Source: an uncultured delta proteobacterium (lineage in GTDB: Bacteria > Desulfobacterota > Binatia > Binatales > Binataceae). Taken from it: 64,000 bases of DNA. Below the pieces are notes generated by a model. The model was given only the letters and a program-made list of their open reading frames with translations. It had not been told where the DNA came from and searched no databases. The stretch covers positions 1,632,001-1,696,000 of the forward strand of contig CAWEEQ010000004.1 in NCBI GenBank assembly GCA_963808235.1. Reading direction: 5' to 3'. Below, in pieces: positions 19,607 through 29,106 of the stretch (within the stretch, counting starts at the first letter, position 1; the number at the start of each line of letters is the position of its first letter). A program made the position numbers and the translations under genes.

Positions 19607-20832
19607 GCATTGGGATCAAATCGCGATTGCCGCGAGGCAGTTTCCGGCTCGGCAATATCGGTGGCCGTCACGTGCTGATCGATCCCGCAGGCGCGCCATT
19701 TTTGTCGCTGGGCGTAGTGCACATTCGCGCGCTGAACAGAAATGCCGCGGCATTCGAACATCGCTATTCCGGCGACTGGGTCCGCGCGTGCCAGGATGTC
19801 GTCGCCAATCTCAAATCGTGGGGCTTTAATTCTGCCGGGTATCATCATCCAATGGAAATTCGCACGATGCTGCCGTTCATGGCAGAGACCTACCTAGGCG
19901 AGATCGCGTACTGGATGGCGGGTACTCGTTACCCCGACGTGTTTGGCCGGGGCTTTTCCTCCGCGGTAGCGCGCCAGGTACATCAGATGTGTTCGGGCGC
20001 GAAAGGGAATTTGAATCTGATTGGCTACTATTGGACTGATACTCCTCGATGGGACCTGGACAACGCTCGGCGGATGATCAACGACGATTGGGTTTCAGCG
20101 ATCCGCCGTGCCCCATTGGATTGGCCGGGCAAAAAACGCTATGTCGAGTTCCTGGTCCGGCGGCACGCCAACGATCCGGAGATGTTTCGCGCTTCCTATG
20201 GCTTCGATCTGAAGGACTGTAACGAACCCAATGCGTCCTACGATGCTATCGATCTTGAGAATCGCACTATACGCAGTGATGACGATGAATTCCTTCGCCT
20301 GATTGCGCGCGAATATTACCGCGTCGCCGGTGAAGCGATGGACCTTGAAGATCGCAAGCATCTGGTGTTCGGCGATCGTTATATGCTGAATGATTTGCCG
20401 GATTCGGTGCTCGAGGAATCACTACGGTGGACAGATGTAGTCTCGATCCAGCCGTACGGGTCCCAATTCGAGCAGGAGGACTTCGACCGCATCTACAAAA
20501 TCGCCAGACGGCCTATCATGATCTGCGATCACGCGGTGAACTTTCGGACCGAGAGGTATCCCACGACTGGCTGGCCGGCTTCTCCAAATGAAGAGCACGC
20601 GGCGCACGCGCACGCCCAATATATTGCTGATGCATTTAACCGCCCCTACATTGTGGGCTATCACCGATGCCATTACATGGATAACTACATCGCCAAGGAC
20701 GGCTTTGTAATGCAGGGACTCCTGCGCGAAGACTTGACCCCTCATACTGTCATGCTGGACACGACAAGACGCGCGAATCAGGAGGTTGCCTTAAACCTGA
20801 AGAATCGAAGTTTGAGCAGGAATAAAGGTTGA
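19603..20832 (+). CDS. Glycoside hydrolase-like TIM-barrel protein (GH50 agarase-like)
   Basis: LIDPAGAPFLSLGV, LKSWGFNSAG, YPDVF, NLIGYYW, IAREYY, HLVFGDRY, PYIVGYH; GTG start overlaps the upstream stop. Confidence 0.65.
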   Translation: MSIGIKSRLPRGSFRLGNIGGRHVLIDPAGAPFLSLGVVHIRALNRNAAAFEHRYSGDWVRACQDVVANLKSWGFNSAGYHHPMEIRTMLPFMAETYLGEIAYWMAGTRYPDVFGRGFSSAVARQVHQMCSGAKGNLNLIGYYWTDTPRWDLDNARRMINDDWVSAIRRAPLDWPGKKRYVEFLVRRHANDPEMFRASYGFDLKDCNEPNASYDAIDLENRTIRSDDDEFLRLIAREYYRVAGEAMDLEDRKHLVFGDRYMLNDLPDSVLEESLRWTDVVSIQPYGSQFEQEDFDRIYKIARRPIMICDHAVNFRTERYPTTGWPASPNEEHAAHAHAQYIADAFNRPYIVGYHRCHYMDNYIAKDGFVMQGLLREDLTPHTVMLDTTRRANQEVALNLKNRSLSRNKG

Positions 20833-20978
20833 GGCTTGAGAATTATGGTTGCTCGCTATCGCTTGGTGAAAACTCCACCGTTCCGGAAACCAAGCTCGCG
20901 GAAGATCGAAGCATCGCAGCTCGACTGAGACCGGATTTCGCGTCGTGGCCTATGCTCGAAACATCTGCACGCGAATTT

Positions 20979-21545
20979 TCACGGCGCGACAAACTTGCCG
21001 CCGTTGACGACAAGACGCTCTCGTTTCAGGTAGGAATCTGGTTCGTCCCTCGGTCCGGCTGCTACGAATACAGGACCAGTTTTTGAAGCGAAGATCACAG
21101 CGCTGCCCTGCTCATTTGGACTGTCTAATATCAAGTACGAACGATCATCGAAGACGCCTATGCTTACGAGTCTTTTGCCGTGAGAATCAAAAAGTCGAAA
21201 CGCGGCAGACCCGTGCATTTTGTCGGTGGAGAGCTCCGCGCGTGAAACACCAGAATCATCGCGCAAGATGAACTGTTTTGCTTCTACCACATCCGGGATC
21301 GCTGCTTTTGTAGGTTGAGCAGCAGTAGCACTTGTCGGTTCGAGTAGCTGAATCTGCTGAAGTTCCTCTTTTGCTTCCGCTTCGATGGAAGCGCTGCCGA
21401 CAGTTCCCCTAAGCGTTTTTAATCGCTCAACGTAGTCGGAAATCGCGGTCAGAATTTTTTTGAACTCGTCTCCAAACCACCACAAGGCGACCAGGATGGT
21501 GATCGGCTTTGCGAGTATCTGCAATATTAGGACGAAGTTCTTCAT
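20979..21545 (-). CDS. Hypothetical membrane-anchored protein
   Basis: AAGGA RBS; N-terminal TM; VEAKQFILRDDSGVSRAEL beta-rich C-terminus; AT-richer codon usage. Confidence 0.65.
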   Translation of the reverse strand: MKNFVLILQILAKPITILVALWWFGDEFKKILTAISDYVERLKTLRGTVGSASIEAEAKEELQQIQLLEPTSATAAQPTKAAIPDVVEAKQFILRDDSGVSRAELSTDKMHGSAAFRLFDSHGKRLVSIGVFDDRSYLILDSPNEQGSAVIFASKTGPVFVAAGPRDEPDSYLKRERLVVNGGKFVAP

Positions 21546-21810
21546 ATTTATCCTTTTCCGAGAAATCGGACGCGCTCCTCGCGCTGAGCGGCGCGAGCGC
21601 GGGTTCGGCCAGCGCGTACTTTGTGCCCGTTCCGTCGTAAGGCGTGGCGGCATCGAGCGCAGAGCGCACCGGTAGGCGCTTCGGCGGTAGCGATATCACT
21701 CAACGCTGGTAGCGGTTTGGAAACCGATGGAGTGATCTCAGATCTGGGCGACGAAGCCTGACGATGGTCCAAGCGCTGAAGGAAGCGTTGGATTAGCGCT
21801 GGGATGGCGC

Positions 21811-22056
21811 TCACAGTCCCCCCGATGTTCGCGCATTTACGAAGTTCACATAGTTCCTGAGTTTCACGCCAGCGACTTGACCAGCGGCAAATAGAAGGCA
21901 AGTGGCGGATATGCCGAGCCACATCGCTACACATCGTTTCCTGGTCCTTTGGCCACTTAGATAGGAAACGACCTGAGCCACAATCGCGAGCAGGATGCCG
22001 AGACTGAACAATGCGTTAACGATGTAAACCGGAGTCGAGATGATGAAACGCGCCAT
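21811..22056 (-). CDS. Small two-TM hypothetical protein
   Basis: 81 aa with two hydrophobic segments. Confidence 0.45.
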   Translation of the reverse strand: MARFIISTPVYIVNALFSLGILLAIVAQVVSYLSGQRTRKRCVAMWLGISATCLLFAAGQVAGVKLRNYVNFVNARTSGGL

Positions 22057-22072
22057 CGACGGATTCTGCTGT

Positions 22073-22114
22073 ATCGAGCTAATCGACCGCCTCGCCGCAG
22101 ACCTCGCCCGAGAT
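22073..22114 (+). repeat. Right copy of 42-bp imperfect direct repeat (orphan ArsA 3' fragment)
   Basis: ATCGAGCTAATCGACCGCCTCGCCGCAGACCTCGCCCGAGAT encodes IELIDRLAADLARD versus IELIDRLAEDLARD. Confidence 0.85.
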
Positions 22115-22568
22115 CCGAAATCGAGATCCCCGAAATAACCAGTCTGGCACGGGGACCGATGCCTCCGAAAGTCGCCAGAGACTCGCAGCTATGCGGCTTC
22201 TGGGGATGAACTGTTCAGCCTGACGTCGGTGGATTTGGCGTGGTACACCTACCGCATGGACGGTTGCGACAATACCTCGTATTGGACGGACTCGCCCGAA
22301 ATCGGGCTAGCCGCGCTTACCGCAGAAATAATTTTTGACGGAACGAAGCTACGCCTAGAGCCAAGGCGTCCCAACGCCACAACATATGGTATGAATTGCT
22401 CCTTTCGGCTCTATCCGATCAGTGTGGAATCGCGTCGGCGGCGCGCCATGTTTGCGCGATATCGGGCGGGTTCAGGTCGTCAGGATGGCGAACCGAGGCC
22501 CGCACCAGCCCCTGCTGGAATCCCGAGGCTCCGGCAACTACGCTTGGCTCACAGGACTGACTAGTCAG

Positions 22569-24506
22569 ATGGAGAGCGGTAAGAAAGTTCGCGAGTCAAA
22601 GGTCCGTGAGCCGTGGATTATCCGCACCTACGCGGGCTTCGGCGACGCGCGCCAGGCAAACGAGCGATTTCTTTCGAACCTCAGCCAGGGTCAGCGCGGG
22701 CTCTCAATCGCTTTCGACTTGCCTACCCAGAACGGATACGACCCGGACGCGCCGGTCGCACGCGGCGAAGTTGGCGAGGCGGGCGTGTCGATTTGTCATT
22801 GGCAGGATATGGAGACGCTGTTCGCGGGAATCCCGCTTCAGTCCATCAACACCTCGATGACGATTAACGCGACCGCGCCGTTCCTCCTGGCGCTTTACCT
22901 GGTGGTCGCCGAAAAACACGGCGTGCCATGGACGGAGCTGCGCGGCACCACCCAGAACGACATGCTCAAGGAATTCGTCGCGCGCGGAACTTCGATCTTC
23001 GATCCGGAATTGTCGCTGCGCCTGTCCACCGACCTGATCAAATTCGCCGTCGAGCGCGTTCCGAACTGGAATCCGATCAATTGCTGCGGCTATCACTACA
23101 TGGAGAGCGGCGCCGGTCCGGTCGAGGAAATCGGCTTCGCGTTCGGCAACGCACTGCTCATCCTCGACGCGATCCGGGCCCGGCTCGACCGCGCCGCGTT
23201 CGAGCAAACGGTTCGGCGCATCTCGTTTTTTATCAACAGCGGAATCGAACTGGTTCCCGAAATCTGCAAAATTCGCGCGTACTTCAAACTCTGGCGCGAG
23301 CTGTGCGCGACTGAATACGGAATCGAAAATGTAGCCTTTCGCGCCGGATGCCAGGTGCGCTCCCTCACCCTTACCGAGCCGCAACCCGAAGTGAATATAA
23401 TCCGGATTGCTTACGAGGCACTGCCGGTCGTCCTCTCGGCGGATGCGCGGGTGAATGCACTTCAGCTTCCCGGCTTTCGAGAGGCGCTCGCGCTGCCCGA
23501 CCAATCCGAGCAGACGCTCAGCCTGCGCACGCAGCAGGTGCTCATGCATGAGACCGAGATCGCACGCTACGGCGATATCTTCGAAGGCAGCAAGGTTATC
23601 GAGAAGCTTACCGATGAGACCGCCGCGCGCGCGCGTGAAATTGCGATTCGATTGCGCGAGGCCGGCTACTCGCGCGCCATTTCGATCGTCGGCGCCGAAC
23701 TGACGCGTGAGCTCGCCGAGCGTCATCGCAAGGTTGAATCCGGAGAGATCGTGCAAGTAGGCGTCAACGCGTTTACCGGCGAGATCGGACTCACGCCCGT
23801 GCCCACGCGCGGCGTCGATCGCACGACGCAGGCGGCCAGGGAAGATGAGCGGATCGCCGCAATCCGGAAGTGGCGCATCGCGCGCGACCAGGCCGCGGTT
23901 TCGAGCGCGTGCGAAGTGTTAAGAAGAGCCGCTATCGAAAATACCGACGGCGGACTGATGAATGCCACCATCGAATTGGCTCGCGCCGGCGGTACGGTCG
24001 GAGAATGGACGCAGTCGCTCGAGCGTGCTGGCCGTGGACGCTTTACCCCTTCAATTTTCGAATCCAGCTTGAACGTCGGCGCGCTCAAGGTGCCCACGGC
24101 GCCACAAAAGATTCGCATCGCGCTCGGCAAGGCCGGCCTCGACGGACATATCAACGCGGTGAAACTGCTGGCGCACGCGTGCATGCAGGCCGGGATGGAA
24201 GTGGTGCTTGCCGGATTCAAGCAAACGCCGGATCAGATGGTCGAGACCGCGCTCGAGGAGGATGTCGACGTGCTCGCGATATCGACCCTGGCCGGCGCGC
24301 ACATGATGATCGCGCGCACGACGCTCGACCTGCTCAAACGTCACGGCGCGGAAGACGTGAGACTCGTGATGGGCGGAATAATTCCGGAACCCGACCGCAA
24401 AGCCCTGCTCGATCTCGGCGTCAAAGCAGTCTTCACGCCGAAGGACTCGAACCTGGGCGAGATTGTCAAACGAATTATCGAAGTGGGAACGCGTAATCGA
24501 AAATGA
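22569..24506 (+). CDS. B12-dependent acyl-CoA mutase, ethylmalonyl-CoA mutase (Ecm/MeaA)-like
   Basis: PWIIRTYAGF, GLSIAFDLPTQNGYDPD, GTTQND, LQLP; C-terminal B12-binding GLDGH. Confidence 0.85.
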   Translation: MESGKKVRESKVREPWIIRTYAGFGDARQANERFLSNLSQGQRGLSIAFDLPTQNGYDPDAPVARGEVGEAGVSICHWQDMETLFAGIPLQSINTSMTINATAPFLLALYLVVAEKHGVPWTELRGTTQNDMLKEFVARGTSIFDPELSLRLSTDLIKFAVERVPNWNPINCCGYHYMESGAGPVEEIGFAFGNALLILDAIRARLDRAAFEQTVRRISFFINSGIELVPEICKIRAYFKLWRELCATEYGIENVAFRAGCQVRSLTLTEPQPEVNIIRIAYEALPVVLSADARVNALQLPGFREALALPDQSEQTLSLRTQQVLMHETEIARYGDIFEGSKVIEKLTDETAARAREIAIRLREAGYSRAISIVGAELTRELAERHRKVESGEIVQVGVNAFTGEIGLTPVPTRGVDRTTQAAREDERIAAIRKWRIARDQAAVSSACEVLRRAAIENTDGGLMNATIELARAGGTVGEWTQSLERAGRGRFTPSIFESSLNVGALKVPTAPQKIRIALGKAGLDGHINAVKLLAHACMQAGMEVVLAGFKQTPDQMVETALEEDVDVLAISTLAGAHMMIARTTLDLLKRHGAEDVRLVMGGIIPEPDRKALLDLGVKAVFTPKDSNLGEIVKRIIEVGTRNRK

Positions 24507-24964
24507 AAATTGTGCGAAGCTTGGCAATCGTCGCGATGGTCTGCGCAGTCTTTTCCTCGAGCGCACTGGCGGAAGAGGCGCGGCCGTGGCTGTGCCGCGA
24601 CAAGCCGGTGTTCTCATACGATCACGCGATGAACTATCAGGCCACCGCGCGGCCCGGCCGTCAGTGGCGGATATTCTTCATGCTGTATTCTCCCGATGCC
24701 GCGCACGACGGATTCGACATCGTGAACTCGGGCGAGATCGGTTCGCGAGGCGACTCCGCCATGGGAAATCTGCCCGCGGGCCGCTACTTTGCGGTCGCTC
24801 TTTACCGCAGCGGCGGCAGCCATTGGATTTGCCCCGACTACACTCACGACAATCGTAACTCCGCGCTCGGTGAAGTGAGCAATCTCTGCTACGGAGAGGA
24901 CGGCCCGCCCTGCCTGGTCAACCTGAAGGTGACACCCGCGTCTCCAACCCGGCCGCAGCCATAA
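24503..24964 (+). CDS. Secreted hypothetical protein
   Basis: Signal peptide (ALA/EE); 4 Cys in the mature part; ATGA overlap with the mutase. Confidence 0.7.
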   Translation: MKIVRSLAIVAMVCAVFSSSALAEEARPWLCRDKPVFSYDHAMNYQATARPGRQWRIFFMLYSPDAAHDGFDIVNSGEIGSRGDSAMGNLPAGRYFAVALYRSGGSHWICPDYTHDNRNSALGEVSNLCYGEDGPPCLVNLKVTPASPTRPQP

Positions 24965-25082
24965 TAATCGCGCGTTAAGACATAGTTCGAGTCTGTCACC
25001 CAGACGCGCATGGTCTTGTTCGGGCTAGAAGCTAACAGGATAGTATTGCCCGGCGCAGGTTCTTTCCTTTGGGAGGATATGA

Positions 25083-26669
25083 GTGAGTTCTGCCGCGTTA
25101 TCGAGCGTGCCGGAGGCATCGCCGACTTCGTTCGCACCGGATGCAACCGTCCGCGAAATATCGTTGATAGCGACAGGCAGCCTGGTATTGCTGGCGGCGG
25201 AAGCGCTCAGTAGTAATCCGCGGATACTGTTCGCCCGGTACCTGTGGATTGATGAACTCTGGACGAAATTAATCGAATCTAAATCGACCGTGTGGGAATC
25301 TCTCGTTGCCCTTGAGCAAGCGGGAGATCCGACGCCGCCGATGTACCATCTCCTGGCGCGAGCTTCATGGGGGCTTTTGGGCGGCAGCGCGGAAACCGCG
25401 TTCCGGACGCTCTCTTTCGTCTCAATGTGGATCGCGTTGGTCCTTCTCTATGTACTGTTGCGCCGCTCATTCGCGCTGCTACCCGCGTTGGTCGCTGTGA
25501 TCGCGTTCTGGTCATGTCCTACAATTATCGGGTACGCCTTTTATGCCCGGCCCTATGCGTCTCTGCTCGCCGCGACAGTCGGCTTTTGCCTGGTTTACGG
25601 ACAGGACCGAAAAGGACCGCTGGCAATCGGATTAACCGCGGCGATGGCCGCGCTGATCTGTACGCTCCATTATTTCGGAATATTTGCTCTTTCCGCGGTC
25701 GTGATTGGCGACACGCTAGCGCGGCACGAACCACTGCCCGCAATGATCCGCCGAAACTTACCCACCGCAGCAGGTCCAATCGCGCTAGCTTTTTGTTGGC
25801 CATTCGTTCACGCGTGGAGATCGGGCCAGGCGGTGTTTACTTTTTTGCCTCCACTAACTTTGGGTTCCGCGGTGAGAGATGTACTGATGACCTGGATCCT
25901 TACGTGGGAGTCAATATTGGTCTTGTTCTTTGCCTGGTATATTTCAGCTGTCATATGGCTGATAGCTGGTCTTCTCGGACGCGCGGCCGACAAAGCCCCG
26001 TCGACAAACATCGGAAGGTTGCAGCCGGTCGCGGGGCTATTTGGTTTGATCCTGGTACCCATCTTGGTGGCTCTCTTTTCGGCGCTAACGTATAACGTGA
26101 TGCTGACTCGATATATGATTCCCGGCTTGCTTGGAGTAGCCGTGCTGTTAGCCTTGGTCGCATCAAAGATCCCTTCGAGAATATTGGCCGGAACTGCGAT
26201 TCTGCTAATACTACTAGGCGCGTGGAATCTGCGGCTATTTAGCGAGGAACAGTTGAAATGGCAAACGACCGAAGGCCGGATGATTAACATCGGTCAAAGT
26301 GATGACCTATTTGTCGTGACACTTACTTCGCATGAGGCTTACCTGCTGTACGAATATGCCCCGCGTCTGCGCAACCGTCTGGTCATCGCCGATTTCCGCG
26401 CAAGCCACCGGTCTGAGCTCTTCCGCGGCATCTTGTCGGACTACGAGCTTGAAAGTAAGTGGTCGGCGGTGTTTCCCGATCTGCCGAAGTTCGTCAGCCT
26501 CGAACAGATGCGAGCGATGGAAAGGTTTCATCTTGTGAATCCGGAAACAGCGGTTTTGGCCGATCAGGAAAACCGACCAGCTACTGCTTTCCCGCTCCAG
26601 AAAATCGCGCAAGCGCTCTCACTCGAAAGAGTCGGTGACTTATATGAAGTCCGACCGAATTGGCCTTGA
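25083..26669 (+). CDS. GT-C fold membrane glycosyltransferase (family 39/PMT-like)
   Basis: LWIDE, TPPMYHLL, YARPYA, TLHYFG; many TM segments. Confidence 0.8.
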   Translation: MSSAALSSVPEASPTSFAPDATVREISLIATGSLVLLAAEALSSNPRILFARYLWIDELWTKLIESKSTVWESLVALEQAGDPTPPMYHLLARASWGLLGGSAETAFRTLSFVSMWIALVLLYVLLRRSFALLPALVAVIAFWSCPTIIGYAFYARPYASLLAATVGFCLVYGQDRKGPLAIGLTAAMAALICTLHYFGIFALSAVVIGDTLARHEPLPAMIRRNLPTAAGPIALAFCWPFVHAWRSGQAVFTFLPPLTLGSAVRDVLMTWILTWESILVLFFAWYISAVIWLIAGLLGRAADKAPSTNIGRLQPVAGLFGLILVPILVALFSALTYNVMLTRYMIPGLLGVAVLLALVASKIPSRILAGTAILLILLGAWNLRLFSEEQLKWQTTEGRMINIGQSDDLFVVTLTSHEAYLLYEYAPRLRNRLVIADFRASHRSELFRGILSDYELESKWSAVFPDLPKFVSLEQMRAMERFHLVNPETAVLADQENRPATAFPLQKIAQALSLERVGDLYEVRPNWP

Positions 26670-26704
26670 GTTTTGGTCTGACATGAGTCTTTGTTTCTAG
26701 TCCG

Positions 26705-27418
26705 ATGTTTGAATCTTCAAAGACTCGCCGACTCCGCGGCGCGGAATTCCCTGCGAAGTACTTCTCGGGCTCTGTTCTGGACATTGGTTGTGGTGAGGAT
26801 CTGGTCGTATCACATGCCCGGCCATTTGACCTCGCAAACGGAGATGCGCAACGAATTACCGAATTCCTCCCCGCGGAGGTTCAATACGATTGCGTTCATA
26901 GCTCTCATTGCCTGGAGCACATGGAGGATGTGCACGCAGCGCTGGCGCAATGGTGGTCATTGGTGAAGCCAAACGGCCATCTGATCGTCGTAGTACCGGA
27001 TGAAGATCTCTACGAGCAGGGAATCTGGCCGTCTGTTTTTAATTCCGATCATAAGGCCAGTTTCCGCTTGGGAAACCAGCTATCGTGGTCGCCAGTCTCT
27101 TACGACTTACAGACAATTCTCGAAGAGCTCCCAGGCGCGGAAATAGTTGACATCTGCGTCCAGGACCAAGGATACGATTACGAACTCAAGCCTCGCGAGA
27201 TGACAAAGCTCGGTCGTCTGCTAATTCTCTTCAGGCGAGCGCGCAAAGCGGCGTTCAAGAGCAGGCGGAAGATCCAGACATCTTCCAAATTCGACCGCTG
27301 GGTCGGAACAATGGAATACAATATTGAAAAGATCGAGTACCGTTTCGGCGCTCCGATAGATCAAACACTTAAGGATGCGCTCGCGCAGATTCAGGCTGTG
27401 GTACGCAAACGATCGTGA
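26705..27418 (+). CDS. Class I SAM-dependent methyltransferase
   Basis: VLDIGCG, YDCVHSSHCLEH, VKPNGHLIVVVPD. Confidence 0.88.
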   Translation: MFESSKTRRLRGAEFPAKYFSGSVLDIGCGEDLVVSHARPFDLANGDAQRITEFLPAEVQYDCVHSSHCLEHMEDVHAALAQWWSLVKPNGHLIVVVPDEDLYEQGIWPSVFNSDHKASFRLGNQLSWSPVSYDLQTILEELPGAEIVDICVQDQGYDYELKPREMTKLGRLLILFRRARKAAFKSRRKIQTSSKFDRWVGTMEYNIEKIEYRFGAPIDQTLKDALAQIQAVVRKRS

Positions 27419-27454
27419 TCGATGCGTGCGCGAGGCTCGCGCCGCCATCTCGCA

Positions 27455-28756
27455 CTACGCAGTCCCTTCGCGTCTAATCGACGCGCGAACCACGACCCCA
27501 AGCGGGCTGCCGTCCGGCGCGTCTCTGAGGACTGGAAGGTCAGCCGGATCCGTATGTACTTGAGGGATGGCGGACGAGCCGCCGAGCATCCGCAATACCG
27601 CTTGCAGTACTGGCTCTGGCTTAATTCGCTGCATGCAGATGTTGTTGCCGTCGCAGGGAGGCTGATCGGCCTCGTAAAGGCACGGACTACAAAATACGGG
27701 CGAGTAGAAAATCGCGACGTTGGGCAATTCTTGACCGTAATGTTCCGGGTTTGCGGGCCCGAACAGGCATACCGTCGGGCGCTCCAATGCGATTGCGATG
27801 TGCATCGGTCCACTATCATTGGTAAGAACGCACGCGCTTCGGTCTAACAGCGCCAACAGCTCGCCCAGGCTCAGTCGTCCGGCGGTATTTGCCACCTTTG
27901 CCTGGACCTTCGCCGACAAGCGATCAAATAAACTCTGAACATACGGAAGCTCGCTGCCGGCTCCGATTAGCGCCACCTGATGGCCGAGCGAGACCAACCC
28001 AGTGATGACTTCGATTACATATTCGCCGGGCCATCGGCGCTCCAGCAATAAATCCGACGCGTTGGGGTTGACGACTATGTACGGGCGGTCCAACTGCCAT
28101 CCTGGATTCTGAGACAAGATGCCGGCGATGGACGATCGATCGGGATCCGCGATTCGAATCGGTCCGGTTTTCTCCGACATGCCGGGCGGGACTCCAGCCA
28201 CTCGTCCCAACTGAAGATACAACTGACGGACCGGCATCCGGGTGTTGAAGTACACCAGGTGCGTGTAGATGCCGTTCTTGAAGGCAAGGCTATGTCGGTA
28301 AAACCCGGCGCGGTTGCGCGTCACTGCCCAAAGTGCCAGCAACGACGCGAATGCGGAATAAACCTCAAGATCGAAGTACAGATCGGCACGCCGCCGAACC
28401 AGTCGCACAATGGTCTGAAGCGTGGTCACCGCCATGGCGAAGAGGTTTCGATCGTCGAGCGTTAGTATCTCGTCAACGCCGGATAGCCGCTCGACGAACT
28501 CCCGGTTCGATTGCATTGTCACGAACGTCAATCGGGCGTGCGGATATTGATCCTTCAGAGCTTTCAGCAACGGCGTGGCCTGGAGAATGCTCCCCATGCC
28601 GATGAGTTTCGCGACCACGATTCCGGTGACCCTCGAGGACGCAATCGAATGGTCTCTTCGCATCAGGGTGCCCAGTAGCCGGGCAACGCCGTTGAACAGA
28701 AAAGCGACCGGGGCCGCGATGATCCGGTCGGCAAGAATTCGTCCACGATGGGTCAT
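27455..28756 (-). CDS. Glycosyltransferase family 9 (heptosyltransferase-like)
   Basis: GMGSIL, RRWP, AGRLSL, TNDSGPMHIA, LFGP, CSPC. Confidence 0.9.
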   Translation of the reverse strand: MTHRGRILADRIIAAPVAFLFNGVARLLGTLMRRDHSIASSRVTGIVVAKLIGMGSILQATPLLKALKDQYPHARLTFVTMQSNREFVERLSGVDEILTLDDRNLFAMAVTTLQTIVRLVRRRADLYFDLEVYSAFASLLALWAVTRNRAGFYRHSLAFKNGIYTHLVYFNTRMPVRQLYLQLGRVAGVPPGMSEKTGPIRIADPDRSSIAGILSQNPGWQLDRPYIVVNPNASDLLLERRWPGEYVIEVITGLVSLGHQVALIGAGSELPYVQSLFDRLSAKVQAKVANTAGRLSLGELLALLDRSACVLTNDSGPMHIAIALERPTVCLFGPANPEHYGQELPNVAIFYSPVFCSPCLYEADQPPCDGNNICMQRIKPEPVLQAVLRMLGGSSAIPQVHTDPADLPVLRDAPDGSPLGVVVRASIRREGTA

Positions 28757-28952
28757 GGCCTCAGCACCACCGCCCTCTCACGTCGCGTTCCCCGTTCCGG
28801 CGTCGCGCGTCGTCAGGCCGCCACAATATATTTTCGCTCCTTTCAAGACCACACCTGCGCGCGGATGAAAGCGAGGGGTCGGTTGTCGCAACGGATTGTC
28901 GATCGGAAGCTTGTCCCGACCGACAATTCATCTGCCGATAAGCGGAGATTTT

Positions 28953-29028
28953 TGGAGGCGGCGATCGGATTCGAACCGATGCATGGAGGTTTTGCAGACC
29001 TCTCCCTTAACCACTTGGGTACGCCGCC
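28953..29028 (-). tRNA. tRNA-Cys(GCA)
   Basis: GGCGGCGTACCCAAGTGGTTAAGGGAGAGGTCTGCAAAACCTC...GTTCGAATCCGATCGCCGCCTCCA; cloverleaf with encoded CCA. Confidence 0.97.
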
Positions 29029-29106
29029 CTGGCGCCTGGGTGTGATCGCGCGACCGGACCCAATCAAATATCACGCGCGGGAAAGGCCATCAATTAAGCT
29101 GAACAA

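Noticed and set aside
22140-22568. Possible cobalamin riboswitch or ORF upstream of the B12 mutase
   Set aside because: No conserved riboswitch elements seen; ORF 22229-22564 lacks recognisable features
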